A stretch of 42,849 nucleotides of DNA from Thermodesulfovibrionia bacterium. Lineage in GTDB: Bacteria; Nitrospirota; Thermodesulfovibrionia; UBA6902. Of the stretch, positions 1 to 8,525 are shown piece after piece (position 1 is the first letter of the stretch; each line of letters begins with the position of its first letter). The position numbers and the translations under genes are program-made. The stretch covers positions 1 to 42,849 of the forward strand of contig JBCKZY010000005.1 of NCBI GenBank assembly GCA_038918635.1, read 5' to 3'. Below the pieces are notes generated by a model. The model ran no database searches. It had not been told where the DNA came from and worked only from the letters and a program-made list of their open reading frames with translations.

Positions 1-161
1 TTTATTCATACTGTCATCATTATATCAGCTTGGTGTTGGGGAGACAAGATTACTGTTTGCAACCTTCAATTTTTACAGGTTTTAGGATAGAAGATAACAT
101 GATGAAAGCAATACTTCATTTATTAATTTGTGTAACTTAGACAATAAAACAAAAGATGATA

Positions 162-246
162 TGGTGCCGAAGGCGGGACTCGAACCCGCATAGGTTGCCC
201 CACACGGCCCTCAACCGTGCGTGTCTACCAGTTCCACCACTTCGGC
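162..246 (-). tRNA. tRNA-Leu (anticodon GAG)
   Basis: Reverse complement GCCGAAGTGGTGGAACTGGTAGACACGCACGGTTGAGGGCCGTGTGGGGCAACCTATGCGGGTTCGAGTCCCGCCTTCGGCACCA: acceptor stem, anticodon stem CACGG/CCGTG around TT-GAG-GG, long variable arm, GTTCGA T-loop, encoded CCA. Confidence 0.96.
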
Positions 247-316
247 AAAATATTATATTATCAAGAACCTTCCATCGTAAAAGAGATCAGCAAGAAAAGA
301 CAGAATGCTTCAGAAG

Positions 317-643
317 TCAATTAAGCAGCGTCTGAACATAATTCAAGTAACCTTTAGAGGGGTTTAATAATTGAATCCCCATTCCGCTCTTTACCACTTC
401 GACAATACCCGGTACAGGATTAAAGGTCCTGACCACATTCCCTTCAAGCGAAATGTCTGCGGCGTTCGGCAGTTTGATCTTTATATGAAGCATAATACCC
501 GCATCCAATCCCCTCCGGGTACTTATGAAGAGCCCGGTTTCAGAAATGTTACTCGTTATGGCCGTCCTCTCTTCAGCGGCATGAAATTTGATTTCCAGCC
601 TCTTTACCACTCTGGTAAGTCTTCTTCTCTCTGAAAAAATCAT
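317..643 (-). CDS. PilZ-domain protein
   Basis: 108 aa; ERRRLTR (RxxxR) and NISETG (D/NxSxxG) c-di-GMP-binding motifs; C-terminal GMGIQL strand. Confidence 0.8.
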   Translation of the reverse strand: MIFSERRRLTRVVKRLEIKFHAAEERTAITSNISETGLFISTRRGLDAGIMLHIKIKLPNAADISLEGNVVRTFNPVPGIVEVVKSGMGIQLLNPSKGYLNYVQTLLN

Positions 644-700
644 AATAAAATATAAAGAAACGAAGTTAATTAGTCAAGGGAAAAGCCCCTGTCAATTATT

Positions 701-2134
701 TTACCACAAAGATGCCCTTACGAAATTCAGCAGGGGCTCCGGGTAAACACCAATAATTAATACCAAAACTGCTGTAACAGCGAGACTTATGCCAAGAGGC
801 TTTGACATGCTTAAAACAACCTCAGTTTCAGGCTCATTCATATACATAAACTTGACGACCCGCAAATAAAAGAAGGCTGAAACAGCGCTGAATATAACGG
901 CTATGATAACGAGATACAGATAACCGGCATAAATGGCCTCCATAAAGACATAGAATTTGCCGATAAACCCCGCAGTTGGAGGGATTCCGGTCAGAGAAAA
1001 CATAAAGACAAGCATCAATGCGGCGGCTGCCGGGTGTTGCTTGGCAAGCCCCGCGTAGTCCTCAAGGTTCTCACCGGAGAAACCTTTTCTCTTGAGCGCG
1101 ATCACTACAGCAAATGCTCCCATATTCATGAAAGTATATATCATGAGATAGTTCATGGTACTTGTCAGTCCTTCAGGAGTGCCTACAATAATGCCTATAA
1201 GCGCATATCCGGCATGGGCAATTGAGCTGTAGGCAAGCATCCTTTTAATATTAGTCTGTGAAAGTGCTATTATGCTTCCAACTGCTATCGTCAGGACTGA
1301 AAGCGGCATTAAGATTGAAGACCACTGAACCTGCAGACCTCCGAATGCTTCAAAAAATACCCTTCCCATAACCGCGAATCCTGCGGCCTTTGGGCCCACT
1401 GACAAGAAAGCGGTAACAGACGTGGGAGCCCCCTCATAAACGTCAGGCGCCCACATATGAAAGGGGGCAAGAGCGACCTTGAATCCAAAAGCAACGATAA
1501 AGAATATGAGGGCAAGCATGGTTATGGGGCTGTTGATTAAGTTCAAACTATGGAGTTTCGATGCAATCTCCACCAGGTTTGTCGAACCGGTAAGACCATA
1601 GACAAGTGAAATCCCGTAAAGAAGGAACGCTGATGAGAAAGCGCCGAGGAAAAAATATTTTACGGCTGCTTCATTCGAACGGACCTGCCTCCTGAGCATA
1701 CCGACCAGGACATATGTTGACAAGGCCATCAGTTCAAGTCCCAGATAAAGGACGATAAGGTCCGTTGCCCCTGCCATTAACATCATTCCGGTTGTCGCGA
1801 AAAAGAGGAGCGCATAGTATTCTCCAAGCGAAGCATCTTCAATAACCATATATTTAAGTGATATTAATATAGTAAAGAAGAGATTTATATAAAAGATCAT
1901 CTTGAAGAAATTTGAGTAGCCGTCAAAGATAAACATCCCCTGCAGGGTACTGCCCGACATGCCCATGGCGGAAAGCCGATAATTAACAAATACCGAGGCG
2001 ATGAGACCGACAATACCTGCAAAAGCAACAATGTCCTTCCTCCTTACCATAAGGTCAAGCAGAAGTAAAAATAACGCGGTAAGCGCAAGCATCAGTTCCG
2101 GCGCAATCAGCCTTATGTTAAGTGCATTAAACAC
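701..2134 (-). CDS. nuoN: NADH-quinone oxidoreductase subunit N
   Basis: 477 aa membrane protein; EAAVKYF, FKVALAPFHMWAPDVYEGAP, KRMLAYSSIAHAGY; last gene of nuo operon. Confidence 0.96.
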   Translation of the reverse strand: MFNALNIRLIAPELMLALTALFLLLLDLMVRRKDIVAFAGIVGLIASVFVNYRLSAMGMSGSTLQGMFIFDGYSNFFKMIFYINLFFTILISLKYMVIEDASLGEYYALLFFATTGMMLMAGATDLIVLYLGLELMALSTYVLVGMLRRQVRSNEAAVKYFFLGAFSSAFLLYGISLVYGLTGSTNLVEIASKLHSLNLINSPITMLALIFFIVAFGFKVALAPFHMWAPDVYEGAPTSVTAFLSVGPKAAGFAVMGRVFFEAFGGLQVQWSSILMPLSVLTIAVGSIIALSQTNIKRMLAYSSIAHAGYALIGIIVGTPEGLTSTMNYLMIYTFMNMGAFAVVIALKRKGFSGENLEDYAGLAKQHPAAAALMLVFMFSLTGIPPTAGFIGKFYVFMEAIYAGYLYLVIIAVIFSAVSAFFYLRVVKFMYMNEPETEVVLSMSKPLGISLAVTAVLVLIIGVYPEPLLNFVRASLW

Positions 2135-3669
2135 TATAAGCTCCCTCCAAACATCCCTGAAATGTATTCTGTAAGCATATTCTCTGCGTTAGTACCGGTA
2201 CCGGCCTTTTCGATAAGATGGTCAACAGATACATGCATGAAGCTCAGAAACGTCTCAGGATAAAAACCTATCCAGAAGACAAGAATAACCAATGGCAGCA
2301 GCAGCAGGAACTCCCTCGGATTAAGGTCAGGGACAGTCCGGTCCGTATCATTCTTTTCAAAGAAGACTTTTTGATAAAGCCAGAGCATATACCCGGCACC
2401 AAGAATTATACCTGTAGCCGAAAGCACACCGAATACCTTTGATGAGCTGAAAGCCCCAAGGATTATCAGAAACTCTCCAATGAACCCGTTAGTCCCGGGC
2501 AGACCTATTGACGCGAAAGTAAATATAATGAAGAACCCTGCGAACCACGGCACAAATGAAGCAAATCCCCCGTAGTCCGAGATCATCCTGCTATGCGTTC
2601 TTTCATATATAATTCCAATCATCAGGAAGAGAGCCCCTGTAATAATACCGTGATTCAGCATCTGCAGTATACCACCCTCAACACCCTGTGTATTCAGCGC
2701 GAAGATACCGAGAGTAACAAAACCCATATGACTTACGCTTGAGTACGCGATAAGGCGCTTAATGTCCTTCTGGGCAAAGCAGATAAGAGCGCCATATATA
2801 ATAGCAATAACCGACAGCACCATTATGGGAAAGACAAATATCCCGGCAGCATCAGGAAACATCGGTATGGAAAAGCGCAGGAAACCGTATGCGCCCATCT
2901 TTATCAATACACCGGCAAGTATAACGCTTCCCGCTGTAGGGGCCTCTGTATGGGCATCAGGAAGCCATGTATGGAATGGAAACATCGGCACCTTTACCGC
3001 AAACGCGGCAAAAAAGGCCATGAACAGCCATAACTGAAGCTTTAATGGATATTGAATATTACTCAGAGCTATTATATCGAGGGTCTCATTTCCGCTGAAA
3101 TACAGTACAACTATGCCGACAAGCATGAGCACACTTCCAACGAACGTGTAAAGGAAGAATTTTATGGCAGCATATACCCTCCTGCTCCCGCCCCATACCC
3201 CGATCAGGATAAACATAGGTACAAGCATAGCTTCCCAGAAGACGTAAAAGAGGAAAAAATCAAGAGAAACAAAGACGCCCAGCATGGCAGTCTCCATTAC
3301 AAGAATAGCAACATGAAACTCCTTTACCTTCGTCTCAACTGACTTCCATGAGACAAGAACAGCCAATATACTCAAAAGGAGAGTCAGGAAAATAAATAAT
3401 ATACTTATACCGTCTATCCCGATAAAATAATTAATTCCCCATGACGGAATCCATTCATACCGCTCCTGGAATTGCATATGGTAGGTAGTCTTGTCAAAGG
3501 CGCTGTAAATCGGGAAGGAGAGTATTAATGCCCCAATGGTTACAAGAAGCGATGTCCATCTGATAGCGCCTCTGCCCTTTAAAAATATAAGTAACAAAGC
3601 CCCTAAAAGTGGAGTGAAAACTATCAAACTCAGTATCGGATAGTTAAGCTGATTTAATGTATTTTCCAT
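2134..3669 (-). CDS. nuoM: NADH-quinone oxidoreductase subunit M
   Basis: 511 aa; FYVFWEAMLVP, VKVPMFPFHTWLPDAHTEAPTAGS, KRLIAYSSVSHMG. Confidence 0.96.
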   Translation of the reverse strand: MENTLNQLNYPILSLIVFTPLLGALLLIFLKGRGAIRWTSLLVTIGALILSFPIYSAFDKTTYHMQFQERYEWIPSWGINYFIGIDGISILFIFLTLLLSILAVLVSWKSVETKVKEFHVAILVMETAMLGVFVSLDFFLFYVFWEAMLVPMFILIGVWGGSRRVYAAIKFFLYTFVGSVLMLVGIVVLYFSGNETLDIIALSNIQYPLKLQLWLFMAFFAAFAVKVPMFPFHTWLPDAHTEAPTAGSVILAGVLIKMGAYGFLRFSIPMFPDAAGIFVFPIMVLSVIAIIYGALICFAQKDIKRLIAYSSVSHMGFVTLGIFALNTQGVEGGILQMLNHGIITGALFLMIGIIYERTHSRMISDYGGFASFVPWFAGFFIIFTFASIGLPGTNGFIGEFLIILGAFSSSKVFGVLSATGIILGAGYMLWLYQKVFFEKNDTDRTVPDLNPREFLLLLPLVILVFWIGFYPETFLSFMHVSVDHLIEKAGTGTNAENMLTEYISGMFGGSL

Positions 3670-3681
3670 TATTATCTTTTA

Positions 3682-3826
3682 GCCACTGATTTACGCGGAT
3701 TCTCACTGATTATTTTCTCTCGCAAAGCTCGCAAAGAAAAACTTATATTTTATGTTTTAGTGCCTCTTTTAAAAGTCTTAATTTGTTAATCTTTTTTATC
3801 CGTGTCAATCCGCGAAGATCCGTGGC
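3682..3826. repeat. Imperfect inverted repeat with ~9-10 nt periodic arms in the nuoL-nuoM spacer
   Basis: Left arm gccactgatttacgcggattctcactgat (3682-3710) versus right arm atccgtgtcaatccgcgaagatccgtggc (3798-3826), whose reverse complement is gccacggatcttcgcggattgacacggat. Confidence 0.7.
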
Positions 3827-3833
3827 AATTATT

Positions 3834-5753
3834 TTACCAGAAGATCACCATACCGATTATTATCAATGCTCCAAACACCATAAAAAGGCCGTATGTAGAG
3901 CTGACTCCTGTCTGAATCTTCCTGAACCTCTGGCTGAAAGAACCGATAAGGGTCGGCACACCGTTTACAATACCTTCTATTATTAGCCCGTCGAAAAGTC
4001 CTGAAACAATCTTATCTGAAAACTTAAGTGCAGGATTAATAATTGTTTTACTGTATAGCTCATCAATATAGTACTTATTTAAAAGAAGCTTATAAACCGG
4101 CTGGAACGCTGTAGCTAATTTCTGAGGCAGATCTTTCTTTTTCATATACATTATGTATGCAATAATCAATCCTGCAACAGCCACAAAGACAGATATCCCC
4201 ATCACAAAATACTCCTCTGCGTGAGTGCCGTGCCCCTGTGCATGCCCCAGCACTGGCGCAAGAAATTCTCCTATCACGTCTCCGTGCTCCATAAAAAGAG
4301 GCGGGATACCTACATAACCGGCAAACACAGCACCAAACGCAAGACACCATAAAGGGACAGTAATAACCGGCGGAGACTCATGAAGATGTTTCTCCTGCTC
4401 AGGCGTGCCGCGGAATTTACCATGGAATGTCATGTATATGAGTCTCCATGAATAGAATGCTGTTAAGAGAGCCGCGACAGTGCCAAGGAACCAAAGGAAT
4501 TTACCGAGGTCACCATGCTGAAAAGCCCTCCACAGGATCTCGTCCTTACTGAAAAAACCTGAAAGAAAAGGAATACCCGTTATGCTCAGAGTAGCTATAA
4601 TAAACACCTTGTACGTTGTAGGCATATATTTCTTAAGACCCCCCATATTCCTCATGTCCTGCTCATCATGAAGGGCATGGATAACGCTTCCCGACGCAAG
4701 AAAGAGAAGGGCCTTAAAATAAGCGTGTGTGTAGAGATGGAAGATGCCGGCGCTGAAAGCGCCTACCCCGAGCGCAAGGAACATATAACCGAGCTGGCTG
4801 ACCGTGGAGTACGCGATCACCCGTTTGATATCATTCTGCACAAGCGCAATGGTGGCGGCAAATATTGCCGTTACTCCTCCCACTACGGCAACTGTATTCA
4901 TTGCAACTTCTGACATACTAAAAAGAGGGTTGCAGCGGGCAACCATAAATACACCGGCAGTAACCATCGTAGCGGCATGTATCAACGCGGAGACAGGGGT
5001 CGGACCCTCCATGGCGTCAGGGAGCCATACGTGGAGTGGGATCTGAGCTGATTTACCTACGGCACCGCTGAATAGCAGAAGGCAAATAAGTGTAATAGTG
5101 TCAACATTGTATCCAAAGATGTTTATTGACTGTCCAATTATGCTCCCTGCTTCCCCAAAGACCTGATGGTACTCAAGATTTCCGAATGTCAGGAATATAA
5201 GTATTATTCCCAGACCAAACCCGAAGTCCCCGAACCGGTTCACTATGAACGCCTTCTTGCCGGCATCTGCCGCCGATCTCTTGTGGAACCAGAAACCGAT
5301 CAGGAAATATGAGCAGAGACCTACCGCCTCCCACCCGAAGTAGAGAAGCAGAAAGTTGTTTGCCATTACAAGCACAAGCATTGAGAAAACAAACAGGCTT
5401 AAATATGCAAAGAAACGGTAATAACCTCCGTCACCCTTCATATAGCCGATAGAATAAATAAATATGAGTGAACTTATGGAAGTGACAACTATAAGCATCA
5501 CAGCAGAAAGAGGGTCGATGAGAAAACCGATGGACACACTGAAATCACCTGACACTATCCAGTTATAGATATTATGATTAATAACATCTCCTGCCTTAAC
5601 ATCCAGAAACGCGGATACCGCCAGCACAAAAGAGCCTAAAACCGCTGGGACTGACACCCAGTGGGCTTTATCTCTTATGTACTTACGACCGAATAATATG
5701 TTTATGATAAACGCAATTAACGGAAGTAATGGGATTAATGTATATTTCAGCAT
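3834..5753 (-). CDS. nuoL: NADH-quinone oxidoreductase subunit L
   Basis: 639 aa; GWEAVGLCSYFLIGFW, GKSAQIPLHVWLPDAMEGPTPVSALIHAATMV. Confidence 0.97.
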   Translation of the reverse strand: MLKYTLIPLLPLIAFIINILFGRKYIRDKAHWVSVPAVLGSFVLAVSAFLDVKAGDVINHNIYNWIVSGDFSVSIGFLIDPLSAVMLIVVTSISSLIFIYSIGYMKGDGGYYRFFAYLSLFVFSMLVLVMANNFLLLYFGWEAVGLCSYFLIGFWFHKRSAADAGKKAFIVNRFGDFGFGLGIILIFLTFGNLEYHQVFGEAGSIIGQSINIFGYNVDTITLICLLLFSGAVGKSAQIPLHVWLPDAMEGPTPVSALIHAATMVTAGVFMVARCNPLFSMSEVAMNTVAVVGGVTAIFAATIALVQNDIKRVIAYSTVSQLGYMFLALGVGAFSAGIFHLYTHAYFKALLFLASGSVIHALHDEQDMRNMGGLKKYMPTTYKVFIIATLSITGIPFLSGFFSKDEILWRAFQHGDLGKFLWFLGTVAALLTAFYSWRLIYMTFHGKFRGTPEQEKHLHESPPVITVPLWCLAFGAVFAGYVGIPPLFMEHGDVIGEFLAPVLGHAQGHGTHAEEYFVMGISVFVAVAGLIIAYIMYMKKKDLPQKLATAFQPVYKLLLNKYYIDELYSKTIINPALKFSDKIVSGLFDGLIIEGIVNGVPTLIGSFSQRFRKIQTGVSSTYGLFMVFGALIIIGMVIFW

Positions 5754-5792
5754 AATGTTTGATTCATTCGTAAAAAAGTTGATACGAATGAA

Positions 5793-6077
5793 AAGGGTTC
5801 AAGGGTTCGAGGAGTTAAGGATTCAGGTGAAAAGAACAAAACGTTTACAAAATGTTTGCAAATAAACACTTGAACCCTCAAATCCCGGTATCCTTGTACC
5901 CAATTTAGCATTTGATTTAATTACAGGTTTTATATTGATTTTAAGATCATCAACTATAACACTAAAGAAAATAACAATTTCTTAATCCATGTAAGATAGT
6001 TATTAAATGTAAAGTTGTTTCTGTTTATCCCTAATATTTTCACTAGAACCCCAGAACCCTGGAATCCTTGAACCCTG
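5793..6077. repeat. 8-nt periodic (AAGGGTTC / GAACCCTT-type) inverted arms in the nuoK-nuoL spacer
   Basis: aagggttc aagggttc gaggagtt aaggattc at 5793-5824; complementary arms cacttgaaccctcaaatccc... (~5867-5901) and cactagaaccccagaaccctggaatccttgaaccctg (6042-6077). Confidence 0.7.
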
Positions 6078-6082
6078 TCTTC

Positions 6083-6385
6083 TTACCCTTTCATAAAGCT
6101 GATCTCATCAGCCATTATTGTAGGCTTGTTCTTATAAAAAGCGATCAGTATCGCCAGTCCTATAGCGGCCTCGGCTGCCGCGACAGCGATCACAAGAAAG
6201 ACGAGTATCTGCCCTGTCATTGATTGAAGATAATGACTGAATGCCGCGAGGCTTATGTTAACTGAATTAAGCATCAGCTCTATCGAGAGAAAGACGATAA
6301 TAAGATTACGTCTCGTGACAAAGCCTAAAACACCTATGCTAAATACCACGGCACTGAGCATTATATACCAGCTTAACGGAACCAC
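6083..6385 (-). CDS. nuoK: NADH-quinone oxidoreductase subunit K
   Basis: 100 aa; RRNLIIVFLSIELMLNSVN, AVAAAEAAIGLAI. Confidence 0.96.
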   Translation of the reverse strand: MVPLSWYIMLSAVVFSIGVLGFVTRRNLIIVFLSIELMLNSVNISLAAFSHYLQSMTGQILVFLVIAVAAAEAAIGLAILIAFYKNKPTIMADEISFMKG

Positions 6386-6451
6386 AAAAACCCTCCTTCT
6401 AAAAAACTTCCTCCCCCTCCCACCAGGGGAGGGGAAAAGTTGAGTTATATT

Positions 6452-6967
6452 TTATTCAGCTCTCTTCTTCACCAGAACTACAGCGCCGATAATAGCCACC
6501 AGCAATATCAGCGAAGCTATCTCAAACGGCAAAAGATACTGGCCATATAAGACCTTCCCCACAGTCATCATATTACCCTGAGACTTTATAAACTCTATAC
6601 TATATTGACCGGGACCAGGAAAGACCTGAAAATCCCTTAGTATGGCGATAAAAAATACCATAAAAGCGGCAAAAGCCAGCAATCCCGCGGGCCAGGTCCA
6701 GTTGAACCTTCTCTCTGACTCTTCCTTCCTGATATCAAGCAGCATAATCACTATAAGAAACAGTACAAGGACAGCCCCTGCATAAACTATGATCTGTACA
6801 GCCGCAAGAAAGTCCGCGTTCAGGAATAGGTATAGCACCGCTACATGAATAAACAGGACGAGCATCCAGAGAACTCCATGTACAGGGTTCCTCCTTGTCA
6901 CAACAAGAAGAGATAATCCTGTTATAGTGATGGCAAAATACGCGAAAAATATTTGAGGTAATGTCAT
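6452..6967 (-). CDS. nuoJ: NADH-quinone oxidoreductase subunit J
   Basis: 171 aa; FLAAVQIIVYAGAVLVLFL, YLLPFEIASLILLVAIIGAV. Confidence 0.95.
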   Translation of the reverse strand: MTLPQIFFAYFAITITGLSLLVVTRRNPVHGVLWMLVLFIHVAVLYLFLNADFLAAVQIIVYAGAVLVLFLIVIMLLDIRKEESERRFNWTWPAGLLAFAAFMVFFIAILRDFQVFPGPGQYSIEFIKSQGNMMTVGKVLYGQYLLPFEIASLILLVAIIGAVVLVKKRAE

Positions 6968-7509
6968 GTCACTTCTCCGGATTCGTTAACAGCCTTAACA
7001 GCCGGGGCAAAATCTGAAGATTTTGGGCCCCAGAATTCCTGAAAATATTTAGCCCCTTCAGTCCCCGCCATAAATTTATCCCAGTTGCCAAGGAGCTTCT
7101 CCTTTGTGTAGTAAAACTCGCTCCTGCTGTACCCTGCGTATGCGAAATGAGGGGTAAGCACAACAGCCCCGTACGGGCACGCCTCAACACAGAACGCGCA
7201 GAATAAGCATCTCAGGGTATCTATTTCATATCTGTCAACGACCTTTCTATGCTCCTCGTCTTCGCTTGTATAGATATATATGCATTTTGAAGGACACATA
7301 GCAGCGCAGAGTCCACAGCCTACACACTTTGCCTCTCCTGTATTCTCATCTCTTGTAAGTGCATGCAGTCCACGCGCACCGGGAACAGGCACTACCTTCT
7401 CCTCAGGGTACTGTCTGGTAACAGCTGGTGACAGGTAATGTTTCAGGGTCAGTGCCAGTCCCTTTATGATTTCCAGAAACAATACTTTCTTTAAAAAATT
7501 GGTTATCAT
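6964..7509 (-). CDS. nuoI: NADH-quinone oxidoreductase subunit I
   Basis: Two 4Fe-4S motifs CVGCGLCAAMCP and CLFCAFCVEACP; TRQYPEE. Confidence 0.96.
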   Translation of the reverse strand: MITNFLKKVLFLEIIKGLALTLKHYLSPAVTRQYPEEKVVPVPGARGLHALTRDENTGEAKCVGCGLCAAMCPSKCIYIYTSEDEEHRKVVDRYEIDTLRCLFCAFCVEACPYGAVVLTPHFAYAGYSRSEFYYTKEKLLGNWDKFMAGTEGAKYFQEFWGPKSSDFAPAVKAVNESGEVT

Positions 7510-8468
7510 AATATCCTGATTATTGCCGTTAGAACTATATTAGCAAGTGCCAACGGGATAAAGAGCTTCCATCCAAGGGCCATCAGCTGATCGTACCTGT
7601 ATCTGGGAACAGTGGCCCTTAACCAGAAGTAAAAGAATATGAAGGCATAAACCTTAACAAGAAACCATGCCCAACCCGGAACATAAGATAAAACCCAGAA
7701 GTCAGGACCATGCCATCCTCCAAGGAAACATACGGTAGCAAGCGATGACATCAAAAACATACCCGCGTATTCAGCCATAAAGAAGAGACCGTATCGCATA
7801 CCGCTGTATTCGGTTGCATAACCTGCTACAAGCTCAGATTCCGCCTCAGCCATATCAAAAGGCGTCCGGTTTGTCTCGGCAATGGCAGCTACCATAAAAA
7901 CAAAGAAGCCGATTATCTGCGGGATGATAAAGGGTCGTCCGGCCTGAGCATCAACAATATCCACAAGGTTCGCGCTCCCGGCCATCATCAAAACACCAAC
8001 CAGGCTAAGACCCAGCGCAATCTCATAGCTGATAACCTGAGCGGCTGACCTCATACCTCCGAGAAATGAATACTTTGAATTTGAAGCCCATCCGGCTATA
8101 ACAATACTGTAAACACCTACAGAAGACAGGGCCAGTATATACAGTATGCCTATATTAATATTCGCGATAACAAAACCGTCCCAAAAAGGGATGACCGCGA
8201 AAGACGCCAGCGCCGCGACAACCCCTATTACCGGCGCTATAAAGAACAACGGCTTATCAGCGGCAGAAGGGATAATATCCTCCTTGAAGAAAAGCTTTAT
8301 TCCGTCGGCAATCGGCTGCAGAAGTCCGTGCCATCCAACCCTCATAGGACCGAGTCTCGACTGCATGTGCCCTATTGTCTTCCGTTCCGCATAAACAACA
8401 TAAGCTACATGAAGCAGAATAACAGAGATAAGGATAATTACTTTTACAATTAACCAGACTATTTCCAT
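7506..8468 (-). CDS. nuoH: NADH-quinone oxidoreductase subunit H
   Basis: ERK..QSRLGP, GLLQPIADGIKLFFKE, AETNRTPFDMAEAESELVAG, PRYRYDQLM. Confidence 0.97.
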   Translation of the reverse strand: MEIVWLIVKVIILISVILLHVAYVVYAERKTIGHMQSRLGPMRVGWHGLLQPIADGIKLFFKEDIIPSAADKPLFFIAPVIGVVAALASFAVIPFWDGFVIANINIGILYILALSSVGVYSIVIAGWASNSKYSFLGGMRSAAQVISYEIALGLSLVGVLMMAGSANLVDIVDAQAGRPFIIPQIIGFFVFMVAAIAETNRTPFDMAEAESELVAGYATEYSGMRYGLFFMAEYAGMFLMSSLATVCFLGGWHGPDFWVLSYVPGWAWFLVKVYAFIFFYFWLRATVPRYRYDQLMALGWKLFIPLALANIVLTAIIRIL

Positions 8469-8525
8469 ATTACCAAATATCCTATAGTTACAACTGACAA
8501 TTCCTTCATATCTTCTATAACCCTC

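Noticed and set aside
1-161. Possible integrated element at the tRNA-Leu 3' end
   Set aside because: Only 161 AT-rich bases are visible; no integrase or att duplication can be assessed.
5793-6077. CRISPR array interpretation of the periodic repeats
   Set aside because: Units are 7-10 nt, degenerate and adjacent, with no unique 30-40 nt spacers and no cas genes.
6405-6442. GC-rich hairpin between nuoJ and nuoK as an internal terminator
   Set aside because: The hairpin is real, but the U-tract on the coding strand is offset from the stem and it lies mid-operon; function cannot be supported.
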